Positions 1 to 13,450 of a DNA stretch of 64,000 nt are shown here, piece after piece. Numbering within the stretch: the first letter of the stretch is position 1; every line of letters starts with the position of its first letter. The stretch covers positions 2,852,001-2,916,000 of the forward strand of contig NC_135758.1 of assembly GCF_052425735.1 (NCBI RefSeq), read 5' to 3'. The notes under the pieces are model-generated. The model saw only the letters and a program-made list of their open reading frames with translations, was not told the origin of the DNA and did no database searches. Position numbers and translations under genes: made by a program. The stretch comes from Oculina patagonica. Its lineage: Eukaryota.

Positions 1-195
1 CCCCCCCCCCCCCCCCCTCCCCCTGTGTAGTAGGACAAGTTATCAATGTGACGTTACATAACCAGGAGGAGGTCAAACATGAACGAGATAGATGAAAATT
101 GTTTTTCCATTTTGGTTGGATTACCGTTCGATAGAAAACTCCGTTTACATCAGGATGGGATGCTAGTCCATCACATCTGCTAAGTGGCGTGGTAA

Positions 196-451
196 GGGGA
201 AGCAGGGATGGTTCAGTGGTGAGAGCACTTGCCTCCCACCAATGTGGCCCAAGCCGAATCCAGGACCCGGCGTCATATGTGGATTGAGTTTGTTGTTGGT
301 TTTTGTCCATGCTCTGAGGTTTTTTTCCTGGTTCTCCAGTTTTCTTCCCTTCCCAAAAACCAACACTTCTGAATTCCAATTCGATTGGGAATCCTTGGGG
401 CACAGGTTTGTAAGTCGCAAGACTGTCGTATGTAACCGCGTTAGACAAAGT

Positions 452-516
<65 letters not shown>

Positions 517-552
517 AATTGATTGATTGATTTATTGATTGATCGATTGATT
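196..552 (+). mobile_element. tRNA-derived SINE with (GATT)n tail
   Basis: A-box-like TGGTTCAGTGG (~209), degenerate B-box (CCGAATCC), V/Meta-SINE-like core (GGTTTTTTTCCTGGTTCTCCAGTTTTC), ends in a (GATT)n microsatellite at ~453-552. Confidence 0.7.
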
Positions 553-644
553 AGCTCCTCATGTAATGACTCGAATTATGCTTATTTCGCCCCATAATTT
601 GTCACATTATTGATTTGTTTTTGTTGGCTGTTTGGTGTGTTTAG

Positions 645-3600
645 GTCGCTGTCCTATGCCGTCTTAACCACCCAAGTGTGGTGCGACTTCTTGCTGTCTC
701 CCTTCACCCTCTGTGCTTTGTGTTAGAACTCGCCCCATATGGCAGCTTAGCCTCTGTCCTTGATGAGCTTTCGTCAAAACGCGAGGCACAAGAGAAAGAA
801 GGCAGCCGAGTGTCCAGAGACCAGGCAAGAGAGTCCATTCTTGGGCGCCAACTGTCTTACAAGATCGCATTTCAGGTGAATTTCTAGAAGAGAGCTTTAA
901 AGGGGGAAATATCTAAAGGGCTGACTTTTTTACAGGAGAACTATTTGCAAGGGAACTATCTACGTGGTTACTGCCCTGTAGTCTGCGAACACATACGTAT
1001 TTGTAGGGGTAATCAAATGGTGACGAGTGAAATTAGGAAATAATTTCACGCGCGTTTTGTCAAAATTCTTATAATTTCCCGAGCCTTTAGGCGAGGGAAA
1101 TTATTAAATTTTGACAAAATGCAAGTGAAATTATTTTCTAATTTCACGAGTATACCATTTGTTTACATTTTAATATCATAGGTGACAAATTACGTTTGCA
1201 ATCTTAGATGTTTTTGACTGGTACATTGCATCGCGAACTCTGAGCTTTGAAAAGTTGAAAGCATACATTTTGCTTAAGTTCGCAAGGTTTTTTAGTCTTT
1301 GAATAAAACCTTTCAGAGATTCCTTTTTGCCGTTGACAAAAAGTTTCAAAGATAATTCAACTGTCAATTATTTCTCACATTATGACCATAGTTCGTCTTG
1401 AATGAACTGAAAGTGGCGCCCGTGTAAAACGCTCAAAAATCCGCTCGATGCCATTTATGTGATTGTCTTAAGTCTTGAAGTCGTTTTGACGTTTTGAAAT
1501 ATAAAATATCATCAAAAGTTTTAGTACATGGCCAAGGCTAGCTGGCTAAGATAAAATTCAAGCGAAAATGTACAAAGTTTAAGCCTTAAAACGTCTTTTA
1601 TTCCGGACGCCATCTTGCCGCTAACTACGTTGCCATGGCAATTTTATAATTTCACATGTGAAATTATAAATTAATGTTGAAATTTTGCGCTAAAATTAAG
1701 GAAAAATTTGTCACCTATGATATTATGGCTGTAATTTCACGACGGCTGCGACAAGAGCCGAAAAACTGATGCCCTCTCTGGCTGGTGTCTGTAGGATTGT
1801 TTGGTGTGTTCCGTTGTGGTTACTGTATTTCTTTTACGATCAAGAAGTTTTAAATTTGTGAGAAAAAGCTTACGTAACCCATGCAAGGTTTGAACAGAAA
1901 ACATAAATGGACGATGTTGCTGCGGTACGATGTTCCGGCAGCATTAAAAACCAGACAGGTTGCTATACCTGTGTAGTCGTTAGCCTTTTGACGCTGAAAA
2001 AAAAAACAAAAAGTACAAATGCCCGAGCAACTAGCAGTCGCGCGCAACTGCTTAAACTGTTTGGACCTTAATGTGCCTCATCAGAAAGGTGCAACTAAGG
2101 GCGCGTTCCTTTGGGACGATCCGGATTAGGATCAATGATCTACGATCATTTGGATCATGGTGCATCAAAGGAACCGATGAATCCACTCCGGGCAAGGGTT
2201 CCAAAAGAAACGCACCCTTAGCTCTCGCAAAATAGATATACTAATGAAAAATAGTAAAAACCCGCGAGTAAGGAGCTAACATTTAATAACCTGTTAGGCT
2301 AAAATTTTCAAATTAGATACCATTTTTATTAGAACCTACTTAGCCTAAAATTTGGAAACAGGTTCTTATTTTCTTAAATTTAAAAATGTTTACTTTGGGG
2401 AAAATATGTTTGGACGAGGCATTACTGTACATGTATTTAATGTTTTGTTCTAAATGATTAGTGCTTCAATTTTACGTATTTTTTTTTTTTGGTATGGATG
2501 TTTATACAAGGATTAGCTACAATGTCTTATTAAGTTTTATAGCGTCCGCAAGGTAAATTTACCCTAAGGAAATAAGAACCTATTAAGAAGCTAAATAGCC
2601 TAAATTTGCCTTAACTGCCTTTTATGTAAGAACCTGTTTATGCTAACCTTCGAAATAATTAGGTTCTTACTTGCGGGTTTTCACTGTAGCGAAAGTCATG
2701 TGAGAAGAACTTGCAATGGAAGATCATTGTATTATTTACGGCTTGTATTGTCCTAGGTGGCGAGCGCTATCTGGTATTTGCACGACTGTGACATCATTTA
2801 TAGGGATCTCAAAGCCGACAATGTCTTGGTGTGGTCTTTGGACGAATCCAGTTTACTCAACGTCAAACTTTCAGACTACGGCATCTCGTGTTTCGCTACA
2901 CCCCAGGGGGTTGCCGGAGAGGAGGGGACGCCCGGGTATCAAGCACCGGAGATTCGCACCGGGGTTGGATATGATGAAAAGGTAACGGAGTGGGTGAATT
3001 GCAGGATAGAGGTGTCGTGTTGATGAAACGTTGCGTTATCTTTACATGAGGACTCCAGTCATGTCTAAAGCCCAGCCCAAACGAGGATGGGAGTTAATGA
3101 GAGTTGACTCTCATGAGGGTTTCCGTTAACTCTTATCGGCTATCACCAATCCGGGCCAAACGAGAGAAAACTCTCGTCGACTCTCATGAAAAATTTGAAC
3201 GCGCACAAAGTCGACGAGAGCGCACGAGAGTCGATGAGAGTGCATGACAGTTTCAGGCCAGACGAGAGCGACTCTCGGCCTCGTTTAGCCCAGGCTTAAA
3301 AAGTGTGTGTGGATTTTCGCCGCCCTGCGAAAACAACCTGCAAGTTTTAAAGGCTGCGGTTCAGTTTGAAATTTTGTAGCCGTAAAATGTTCGCGTCTAA
3401 TTGTTGGTAGTTGATACAGCCATTGTGAGATCAAATCTCAACAGAAAGTGTAAGAACATTTTTCAAGCCACAAACAGATGGTAAACATGTTTTGGATCAA
3501 ATTATTCTGATGATAGAAGAGTGTTCTAGTTTACTGTCAAGTTATTCTCTTTGCTCTTTGTTAGCACTCGTTTTGCGACTTTTTACGGAGCGGGGCGGCT

Positions 3601-4234
3601 GTACACGGACTAGGCAACTGAGCTATCGAGAGCTAGTTTTCCTTGTAGGCAAGATAAAGTGTGATATAGTGATCGTTCCGTTTCCAATTCAAACTGATGA
3701 TTTAAGTTGCGGGGTTTTTTTTTTTCGAAGCTCGTTATTTTAGACCATCTAATAATGTCTATTACTTAATATTCAAATTCTAACCAATGTATAGAAAAAA
3801 AAAATACTGCTTCTGTGTTTAATGTGTAGTAGTTCTAACTCGTTTTTTTTTTTCGTATTATTTCCTGTCACAGGTGGATATTTTCTCCTTTGCAATCTTT
3901 GTGTTCGAGCTTTTAACTGGCTGTCGTCCTTTTCGCGAATATCGCAACATTATTGACATCAAGAAGGCTATTCGTCGGGGAGTACGACCCTCGCTTGAAT
4001 CCTGCGATTTAGACACGCAGATACCACGCCTGGAAGGACTCATGAGGCAAGAGGCTCATTACACTTGACTTTGTTACTTGTAGGGGTGGGGACCTGGGAG
4101 TAAAAAGGGTGACGAGATGATAACATCTTGCTGTCAGTTAATCTAATTGCCGTCACCCTCGTTTATAAAAGTTGATTGATTGATTGACTGACTAACTGAC
4201 TGACTGACTGACTGACTGACTGACTGACTGACTG

Positions 4235-4266
<32 letters not shown>

Positions 4267-7200
4267 ACGGACGGACGGACGTAAAGTAAATATTTTTTTT
4301 TTGTTTTTTGAAATGACTGACTGACTGACTGACTGACTGACTGACTGACTGACTGACTGACTGACTGACTGAAGAGGAAGAAGAGAGGGCGGGAAGCGGG
4401 ATTCCCCTCGGTGGCGGGAACCGGGAAAAAAAAATAAAAAAATGCAACATTGCGTAATATTTTGCAATAAAGAACAAAGAGGCAGAATATAAGGGGCGGA
4501 CACCGTCTTAACCTAAAAGGGGAGGGAATCGGAAAGTTCAGACCCCCTCACCCCTTCCCACTAACATTGTAGTCTCATCAAGGTAGTAAGATATATCGAC
4601 ATGGAATGGTTACATTGTTACAATACAGATATTTTTTTTGCCGATGTATAAGTTGCTTCATCACTCTCATTCCTTGCAGATCATGCTGGCATCAGTTACC
4701 GGAGAAGCGTCCTCCTGCCAGTGAGATTTTGCAGCAGATGGAGGAACCGTCCTTCTTATGTCAGTGTCGACTAGTGCCTGCCACTAACGAAGGCCTTCTG
4801 GAGAAAGTTACAACGATTCATGGATTATCGCCTGCTGGGCCTGGTAATTAATTGAGTTCATGTCTGTCTGTCTGTCTGTCTGTCTGTCTGCCTGTCTGTC
4901 TGTCTGTCTGTCTGGCGTCAAAGGCGCTTAAGCCTATTACAGAAGGCGCCCAATGTGGACCACAACACCTCGGCAGAACAACAGAAGTCAACGCAAGCAC
5001 CACGGCTGATGGAAACGACGAGGGAAAAAAGGGCCCGGGCGCTGCGTAATGTATGACACAGTAACTTGGTAAATCGAATTGTACCTAGTTACTTATAAGT
5101 GATCTTTTTCTCGAATGTGTGTGAGAACAACCCTTACAAGTCTATATCGAATATGGGTAGTCAGAAGTTGTTTACGCATGCAAGCCTCGAGCTACGTTTT
5201 CTTTTTTAAATAGCGTGTAACAACGAATTCACTTTCATTACTGGTGAAGGCTTAAGTATTAGCCGAAACGTCTAACAAAAAACGAAAAAGAGTCAGTGAC
5301 AGACCGTTTTAACCTACAAATACGGAATATAATGTACTGGACCACGTTCCAAAAACAGAATATTATAAAGGGTCTTGCTGTGGAATTTATTACCAACTAA
5401 CATAAAAGCGTCCGAATCTAAAGCTATTTTCAAAGGATAACTGGCCAATACGCAAGCAAACTGTTGACTAGATTTTATTATTTGTACTTATTTTTAGTGT
5501 AACAGTATTTACTTCTGTTTCAATACGGCTTTTATGTATAGAATATGTGTAAACTTATGAAATTATCGTATTCAAATAAAAGTAAATCGACCATTGAATC
5601 AGTCAGTCGTGTTTCTATTCTTTCTTTTTCTCAATTTCTTTGCTCAGTTGTGCTTGCTCTTTATTGCAGGTAACCTCATGGCTTCACCGAGCAATGACGG
5701 CCCCTCAGCAGAAAATAGCTCCGGGTATGTGTTACTGTGGAGTCGTGAACGAGAAAATCGATACTACAGCATGGTAAACAGCGAAACAGGAGTGTTTTAC
5801 ACACACGAACAAAAATGTCCCGGGCACAGAGTACTATGCATGACAAGAGTTGAAAATCGTACATGGCTGGGAACGGAGGTAAGACAAATTGTAACTCAGA
5901 GAAGATATATGTTCTGAACTTTGAATTGTTACCTGACTTTGAGAAGGTATATGTTCTGAACTTTGAATTGCTCGCGCACATGTTCAGAGGAAGGGATTCT
6001 CGTGAATAGTTTTACAACAATCTCATTTTTTAACGTACCCATATCAACTTAAAGGGGCTATGTCATGGTATTTTAGGTAATTTTATTTATTTTCGTCATT
6101 AAAGAGCTCCGTCTTCAAATTGACTGGGAGCAAAAGTCTTTTATTGGCAAAATCACAGCCACATAACAGACAAGGATGATTTTCGAGCATTGTAAATGAC
6201 ACTTTCATATAAATTAAGATAAACTTGAAAGAAGTCGGGCCGACGTTTCTCAAGTTTACCAGAACGCAATCCGTTTTAATCTTCGCGAATTTTGCCCATC
6301 CATGCCCCTTTTTGGCCTTTCTGTGCTTCTTTTGAGTTCTTCTACAGTTTTATGCCGTTATTGTGATATTTCATTTAATTCTATGACCAGTTGGTCAGTG
6401 CCGAAATGGCCAAAAATTGCGAGACATAGTCCCTTTAACTCTTATAGTCTCAAGATGGAGAATTTTTCACCTGTTTGCGATGCAGTTGTTTGGATTTGTT
6501 GTGTGAAATAAGTAGTTCATCAAGACACTACTCCTCTAGTTAATTGATCATCGTCTTTATTCTCCTCACCTGTGCTTGACAATTTTATTGATCCTCCTGT
6601 AATAAGAGAAGAGCTTATCGCTCTTTTGAATGAAAGGTCAAAAATGTCTTAAAGCAAAGAAAGATGTCGCGTCCAATTTTCGCTAAAGAATTAATATGCA
6701 AACATAGTGAAGGATCTTATTTGTTTAGGGGTGCACAGTAGAGGTGTTCGGACGCAGGTCCTGGCGTTTGCCCTCAACTCTGTGGTCCTATGTTACCAAG
6801 GCTCCAGTACTGGCACTGTTGACAGAATATGCGCCTTCAGATGCTGATTCTCCTGAGGCAGCAGAACTTCAGGTGAACATTTACAGATTTTGATTTTTAC
6901 TCCGTGTCTTTCAGCCTACTGTGATGCCGCTAGTTAACAGTGAAGTTTTTTGAGCGGTGTTCGATGAAAGACAATTGCGTGTTAGTTTTTGTAGGAGGCG
7001 CGGTGGTCTAAAGCATGATTCGAACGTTGGCCGTATTTTGTTGGGCAAGACATTTAATACTCTTACAGCACCTCTCTCCAGTCATAGCCGATTTTTTAAA
7101 GACTAGATAACATTACGCTATCCATCAGATAAACGCTTCATCCAGTAAATAAGTGTTAACACAACGAACTGCGCTATTCATTAGATGCGATTTTTCCGAT

Positions 7201-10200
7201 AGAATAGCGTCATTCATTCTATGGAAAACGTGCTCTATTTCAACGAATGGCTACCATTTAATTTAGTCGGGGTAAGCCGTGATTAGACATCACCCCAAAC
7301 TTTCCTTAAAAATAGATCAGCGTAATATGGAACTGCGATAAAACTAAGTAGAATAACATCAGATTGCCTATTTACTAGCGTTACATAACTTATTTAAATA
7401 ATTTGCGTAAATTATTTGTGGACTGCCCTAGTCCAAATGGGTACCGCGGGTTAAGTTGGAGGTAACCTGATTAGATGCTACAGCGGGGAGTAGCAGTACT
7501 CGAAATTTCTTTATGCTAACAAAAACCACGGTGCAAACTGCCTGTTGTACCACTGAGCCGTCTCTGGAAACTTGGACCTCTGTAATTGTGTTTATTGTTG
7601 TTGTATTCCAGGGTGACACAAGTGTAAAAAACGTGTACGCGTCTCTTGCTAATGGTACCCTGGTGGTGTTCACTCCGAAGACTACCTTCACTGAAAGAAG
7701 GTTTTCACACAATGACGTCACCCTGGTGACAAAAGAAGAAGACGAGCATTTGACAAGAGAAAGCAACAAGTGGTCTGATCTTCAGGTTCGTTTATGTTTC
7801 CACGTTTCTCTACTTTATATGTTCCTGCTCAGCTGGCGAAAAACGTTTAGGAGACTTATATACAACTGTAAGTGTTTGAACCAAATTGGCTTCCTCGCAA
7901 AATCATAAACATTTTTAGCAATTCCAAGCTGCTTTCAAAATGTATTTACTTGTAAACAACAACGCATCTGCCAGCAACAAACGAGGTAAACTGGGGCCTT
8001 ATTTCCTTTATTGTCGAAGATGGTGCATCAGATTTTTGTCTGAAATGTGGTTGAATCAGTCACAGGAAAAAAATTTCCAGCCTTGGTCTCTTTTTGTATG
8101 TAAAGTCGCTGACAGATACAGGCAATGACTTGAAGCGCAATTGTAGCAGAAGAGCCCAAAAAGAGATAGCATAATGGACGGATAAAAGGAGAACTGAACG
8201 ACAAGTGTTTAACGAGATCAAAGTGCGAGAGAATTGACGCTGTCTGTATGTCAAACGAAGAAACTCTCGTCTTCTTGTGAAAACTTTAACAGTTTTAAAT
8301 TCGATAACAGTGCATGATTATTAGCACCCAAACAAGAGTGTTTGAAATCTCGTGAAATCTCTTCAAGTCTAGCCTCAAGACATAAAATGAACAGACCCTC
8401 CCTACTATACTAGTGTGTGACCCATTTTTTGTCTCACCAGTACACGTCAATTCTCTCGCATTTTGTTCTTGTTAAACACTCGTCGTTCAGTTCTCCTTTT
8501 ATTTGTCTCACCAGTACATGCCTGTCTTCTAGGTTGTTAACCTCGGCCAAAATGGTATGCCCGCCAAGAGCATGGTTCTTGTACGTGACAACAAGGAGCT
8601 GTGGGTCGGGTGCGGTAACAAGATCGTTATAGTGGATACCAGCACTCTGGCCGTCCTTGACGAGATTGCTGTGTACCAAACGCCAAGGACACATGTTCGC
8701 ATTATGGTGACAGATGGTATGCGCGTGTGGAGTGCGGACCGAAGATCATCGAAGATTTTACAATGGGAAGTCAGCAATCGTCAGCTCACGAATATCTTCG
8801 ACTGCGACGTCGATATCCCCGTTGGTGTTGCATTGAACACGGACGTTAAAGAGCCTCGTCGTTTCTCTTCAGGGAAATGGAGTTCTGAACGCTTTTCTGG
8901 GCGTAACAGAGCAATAAGTGACCCGCCGGGAACTCTGAACCCGTCTTACACGGAGGCTATGCTCAAAGAAGCGATGGCGGCGTTCAAAGGAAGCCAAGAG
9001 GGTGACGAAAGGGAATCTTTGCGCACTGGTGATTCGCTCCCTCGTGAAGCGAAGTCATCCGCAAGATTGGATCGTGAAGCTCAAAGAAACGGCTCTATTG
9101 AAAATTCTGACGATGGTGACTTGATGAGTTCAGAAAGGACGCCACCAGTTACCATCCCTGGATCCAAACCACAGTTTTTCAGCGGGCAAGAGCTAGAGGA
9201 AAACGTCTTGTCCCGTTTTCGCTCTCTTTCAGCGGAAACCGACTCCGGTACTTCAGTTGACAGTGGGGTCTCTTCTTTTCGCAGCACGTGCACGACGAAA
9301 AGTAACAGAACGAACACGAGCACGAGTGCTAGTTCGGGCGCAGCTCGGGTTCATGCCGAAGATTCACGAACTGACGTGGATTCTGCCTCGGTGACTTTGA
9401 CTTCCGAAAACGTTTCAAGCGTCAGCGAAAGAACGGCGCCCCTTGATAGCAATCAAAACGTTGTCGAGCAGGAAAGAGAATCAAATGCAGGCACTTCTTC
9501 CAAAGATGAAACGAGAGATGAATCGACTACGATTTTACCAGTTGAAAGCGAGCAAGAAAGACATCAGGAAACGAGTGGTACCTTAAACACCGAAAGCAAT
9601 CCCATCGCTAATGTCACCGACGATCGCAACGGAACGCAACAAGCTCTCGGTGAAGATGAATCGAGAAGGAAAAGTGACCAGAGTTCTAAAGAAGTTGATG
9701 ATACCAAAGAGCTCGAGGAGAATGAAGCTGAGTTTGAGCTTGTAGACCGCGAGGAAACTCGACAAGCCTTCATTGAGGGCACAAGGCGACAAACTGCTCT
9801 CCCTGAAAGCACAAGCACACAGCAATGTGCTTCTATGGCTTCCCTTCGATTGCCTTTCAGTTCGTCTTCACGAGCCCCTTCGCTTATGAGTTCAAAGAAG
9901 AGAAAATCGCAGCGTCGGCAGGCAGACGAAGGCAATAAATCACCACCCACCGTCCAACCCACCAAACCTTGGGCATCGAGACCGCGGCTACGCATCCTCG
10001 CGGGCTCAATAAACCGCGTGACATCGCTTCTGTTGGTGAATGGCACGTTATGGATTGGACGAGGAATTGGTGACGTACTAACAATGAACGTAAATTCAGC
10101 CAATAACGATGTTCCACTAGGCCACGTCTTTGCCCAACTTGAATGCGATAATCTTCTGGGTTACGAAAATGGTCAAGTGGATGAAATTGTCAACAGCGGC

Positions 10201-10368
10201 ACCAACAAGGTCGTTTGTCTTCGGCGACTCGAGCCCACCAGAGGAAGTGCGGATAACGAGGATCGGTTCACGGAGCGTTATCAGTTGGTCGTGTGGGAGG
10301 CCTGGGGAGACACGGAGTTTAGAAAGTTCAGGACGCAGCTCGACGAGTTTAACTCTTTAGTTGAATGA
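645..10368 (+). CDS. LRRK1: LRRK1-like Roco kinase, 3' part (kinase domain + WD40), 5' end outside window
   Basis: Phase-consistent exons 645-875, 2757-2981, 3874-4046, 4680-4843, 5670-5878, 6729-6872, 7612-7785, 8533-10368 (1051 aa + stop). Motifs [42 protein letters not shown] (DYG typical of LRRKs), [17 protein letters not shown] closely resemble LRRK1; WD40 motifs LWVGCGNK and LWIGRGIG. Confidence 0.88.
1009..1725. mobile_element. Fold-back non-autonomous element (A..A'B'..B layout)
   Basis: Imperfect hairpin 1009-1166 centred on CGAGCCTTTAGGCGAG (1080-1095); 1171-1191 is a perfect 21-bp inverted repeat of 1705-1725. Confidence 0.7.
2099..2217. mobile_element. PIF/Harbinger-like MITE
   Basis: TIRs GGGCGCGTTCCTTTGG / CCAAAAGAAACGCACCC flanked by TAA and TTA. 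Confidence 0.6.
2252..2686. mobile_element. Tc1/mariner-pogo-type MITE, TIR related to 22346-22741
   Basis: Ends TAGTAAAAACCCGCGAGTAAG / CTTACTTGCGGGTTTTCACTG followed by TA. Confidence 0.65.
3069..3296. mobile_element. Harbinger-like MITE
   Basis: Imperfect TIRs AGCCCAGCCCAAACGAG / CTCGTTTAGCCCAGGCT flanked by TAA..TAA; internal GATGAGAG/CTCTCATG repeats. Confidence 0.55.
4174..4371. repeat. Compound (GACT)n/(GACG)n microsatellite
   Basis: Two tetranucleotide tracts at about 4174-4280 and 4314-4371. Confidence 0.95.
4861..4914. repeat. (GTCT)n microsatellite
   Basis: Directly visible tetranucleotide tract. Confidence 0.95.
5238..5275 (+). ncRNA. Degenerate minimal hammerhead ribozyme motif
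   Basis: TTA-CTGGTGA-A-GGCT(loop)AGCC-GAAA-CGTC-TAA; core CUGANGA carries an A>G change. Confidence 0.45.
6053..6434. mobile_element. Kolobok-like non-autonomous DNA transposon
   Basis: TTAA on both sides, TIRs AGGGGCTATGTC / GACATAGTCCCT. Confidence 0.7.
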
Positions 10369-12340
10369 TTTCTTAAGCGATTAGTTCGTTTTAGTTGACC
10401 ATGATTCTAGTGACAGTGCTATTAATGGAGGGTACTACCTCGTAACATACCGTAGGATTCAAAGAATGCTGATAAAGGCGTGTAGTTCGATAAAGCGCAT
10501 GTGCTGCTTTGAAAGGCTGTGATTTAAGATTTAAAACAATACAAATCTCTCGAAGACTGTCTTCTTGGAGGAACTGGGTTCGTAGTTCAAATAATATAAA
10601 ACAATCGAACTTTAAGTTAGTTGACAGAAATCAATAATAATGCATACGTTTATGAAACGTTTGTAGTTAGAGAATTTCAGTAGAAACTGTTCAAGAAGTT
10701 CATATTTTTTAGATTTTGTAGATAGTTAATGCTATAAGAAGTTACATTTTTAGACTAGATATTTAATGTGAAATAATTTTTCGGGGAATTGTCAATAGAA
10801 AAATGATAGGATATAGTTAAAAATATTCGTGCATGTTTGGTGATTTTTTTTATATAAAAACATTATGCCTGTAATGTGTTAATGCAAACGAAGACTTTTT
10901 TAATCAGTCATCCGTTACAACATGTCAACATGGAAATTCTTTTTACTGATCTTAATACAAGGCTCATATTACTAGTGTGGAGAATTTAATTTTCGATCTC
11001 CAGTTGTGATTCGCTCTTTTGCTCTTATGACCAGCGTGTTTGAATTTTTGAAATTAGTTAATTAGAGATTGTTTGATAACCTTAGATATTAATTTTAATT
11101 TTTTTAATGTTTATTAATAAATTAATTTTCATAAATCTAGAAACAAGTTTATCTGTAAAAGGTATCGTTGAATTAGGTGATTGTGTTACATGCAGCACGG
11201 AAAAAAGCTGTCTTGATTTAGATGTTTAGCTAGGTCACGCTTTTTGTGATGGCTGTGTTTCGCACAAAGTTTTCTATAAGTCGATTTTGTAGGTGACGCT
11301 ATTTTAGAGACAATTGATCTTTTAATGATGTCGTTTTGTTAGGTGCTTGTGTTACATACAGTCCGGTGAAAAGTCACGCTATCGTAGGTCACGCTAATTT
11401 AGATGTCACGCTATTTTAAGTGACTCAAGGGATAGGTCACTCTAATAAGGTGCTTCTGTTATACAAGCTGGTGTAAAAATTATACGATAAGACATCGCGA
11501 TAGGCAGAATATGAGATGGTCAACTACGCTAAATTATTTTAAATGAATAAATAGATTAAAAAGAAAACAAATGACCGCAATATAATTTGAAGGTTTACAA
11601 AAATAAACCAGGTTGTAATAATTGATATTATTTCAATATTTTTTTTTCTTTTCACGAGTTTATAAAGCTGCAACTGTTTTCCGTTCCAGGAAAAAGCGTA
11701 GATCATTGGATTACAGTCTCACTGTTGCCTTGCTTTGCAAAAAGTAGGAAGCCACGCAAGAACACAACTTGTTTCGCAATTTCGTCGTGACGCGAGTTGC
11801 ACGGTACTGCCTTGTGTCACATTCCACAAAATGAACTTAGTGCGCGAATTTTAAGAGCTGGGTGGAAGGAGTACGCGCGCGCTTGTATATCGATGCTTAA
11901 TGATAACGAACGTGAACGACGCGCGTGTACACTGCAGTGAATGTGGTTGCGGATCACAAAACCAAGTATATATGTTTTAAATTGCTAGAATGGTGCACGC
12001 TCAATGAAGTAACTAAACTTTTTTCGAGTGGTTGATTTCCCGGGATAACATTTTCCAATTTGTTGCAATTTTTTAACTTTTTACAATGGTTTAATTTGTT
12101 ATTTTGGAATGTCATCCTCACCAAAGTTGAAGAGACAGTGAAGAGAAACCCCGTATCTCTAGGGGCAACCATCGCCGAAAGAATTGAAATAATCAAAGAG
12201 CTAGTTGTGCAATTATTTTTATTATTTTCCTTTCTTAATATTTTCATTTTTTACAAGGCCTCTGTAAATAACAGTTTTAATTTTAAAGCTGATGGCGTTA
12301 TGGAATTACCCTATTAAAACGAAGGATTTACTATTACTTT

Positions 12341-13450
12341 CAATACAATACAATACAATACAATACAATGTTTAATGTGGTCATTACACTTAGCTATGGT
12401 TTCGATGCGTCCCGCAGATATGGTTAGCAAAATCTGCGGGAACGCACCAGCTAGTTTACAGGTAAGCCACAATGAAAAAAAAAAAAAAATAAAATAAAAT
12501 AAATAAATAAAAAATAAATAAAAATAAAATAAAATAAAGTGAATAAAATTCTTCAAAGCTTTAAAGCTTTAAATATGTGCGACGCATTTCCTGATTAAAA
12601 ATGAGCTAAAAGTTATAGAATATATACAATTATTTAATTAAAAAATTACAAATGACGACTAATATCTGCAGCATTTAACGCCTTTCTAAAGGTTTTATAG
12701 CATATTGAAGTTCTGGCAGTGTCTGAGAGGCTATTCCATAATTTGGGGGCGAAATATCGCCAAGATTTGAGTCCGTGCTTGGTAGTTTGCACTTTAGGTA
12801 GATTGAGAATATTTTGTCCTCTTAAGTTGTAGGAAGAGTTTCTAGGTTGTATCAGCTCACGCAAGCAGGGAGGGCTAGGACCGTTTATTGTTTTGAAAAT
12901 TGAGCTAGCAATTTTGTATACTCGTTGCTCGGCCAAGGTTGGCAGGCCAAGGGCTTGTAGAAGGTCCCTGTAAGGGGTGTTCTTGTCCTTGAAAACAAAG
13001 CGAATGGCCCTTTCGTTAACCTTCTCTAGCTTTGTTGCAGAGGTTTTGCTGCAGAAGTGCCATGTCTCTGCGCAGTAATTAAAATGCGGAGCAATAAAAG
13101 ACGTATAGATTGTCTTTCTTATTTCGTACGGTAGCATTTTCTTCATACGCTTTAATACTGCAACTTGTTGAGACACTTTCCTACAGACTTTAGTGACATG
13201 CCTGTCAAACTTGAGTTTGTCGTCCACAGTTACACCAAGTAGATCAAAATCCTCGGCAATCGGAATAACTGCATTTTCACAGCGAAATAATGGTTTGTTC
13301 TGCGTTTTACCCATCACAATCGCTTGGTACTTGGAATGGTTTCTTTTCATACCATTGTCGGTATACCACTTGTCAACGTGGTATAGATCAGTATTGATTG
13401 TGTCTTGAACTTTGGCGGGATCTTTATCAGCGTAGAAAATTTGTGTGTCA
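12341..13450 (-). mobile_element. 5'-truncated CR1/L2-type LINE (RT C-terminus, 3' UTR, (TATTG)n tail)
   Basis: Open frame from DTQIFY (second D of the YADD motif) through LLGVTVDDKLKF, FNYCAETWHFC, YNLRG, APKLWNSL to stop at 12646; 3' stem-loop at ~12390-12455; (CAATA)n at 12341-12369. Confidence 0.9.

Noticed and set aside
4163-4503. ORFs with SQSV repeats
   Set aside because: Translations of the (GACT)n microsatellite in an intron
9081-10117. Minus-strand ORFs up to 179 aa
   Set aside because: Antisense shadows of the long LRRK1 terminal exon
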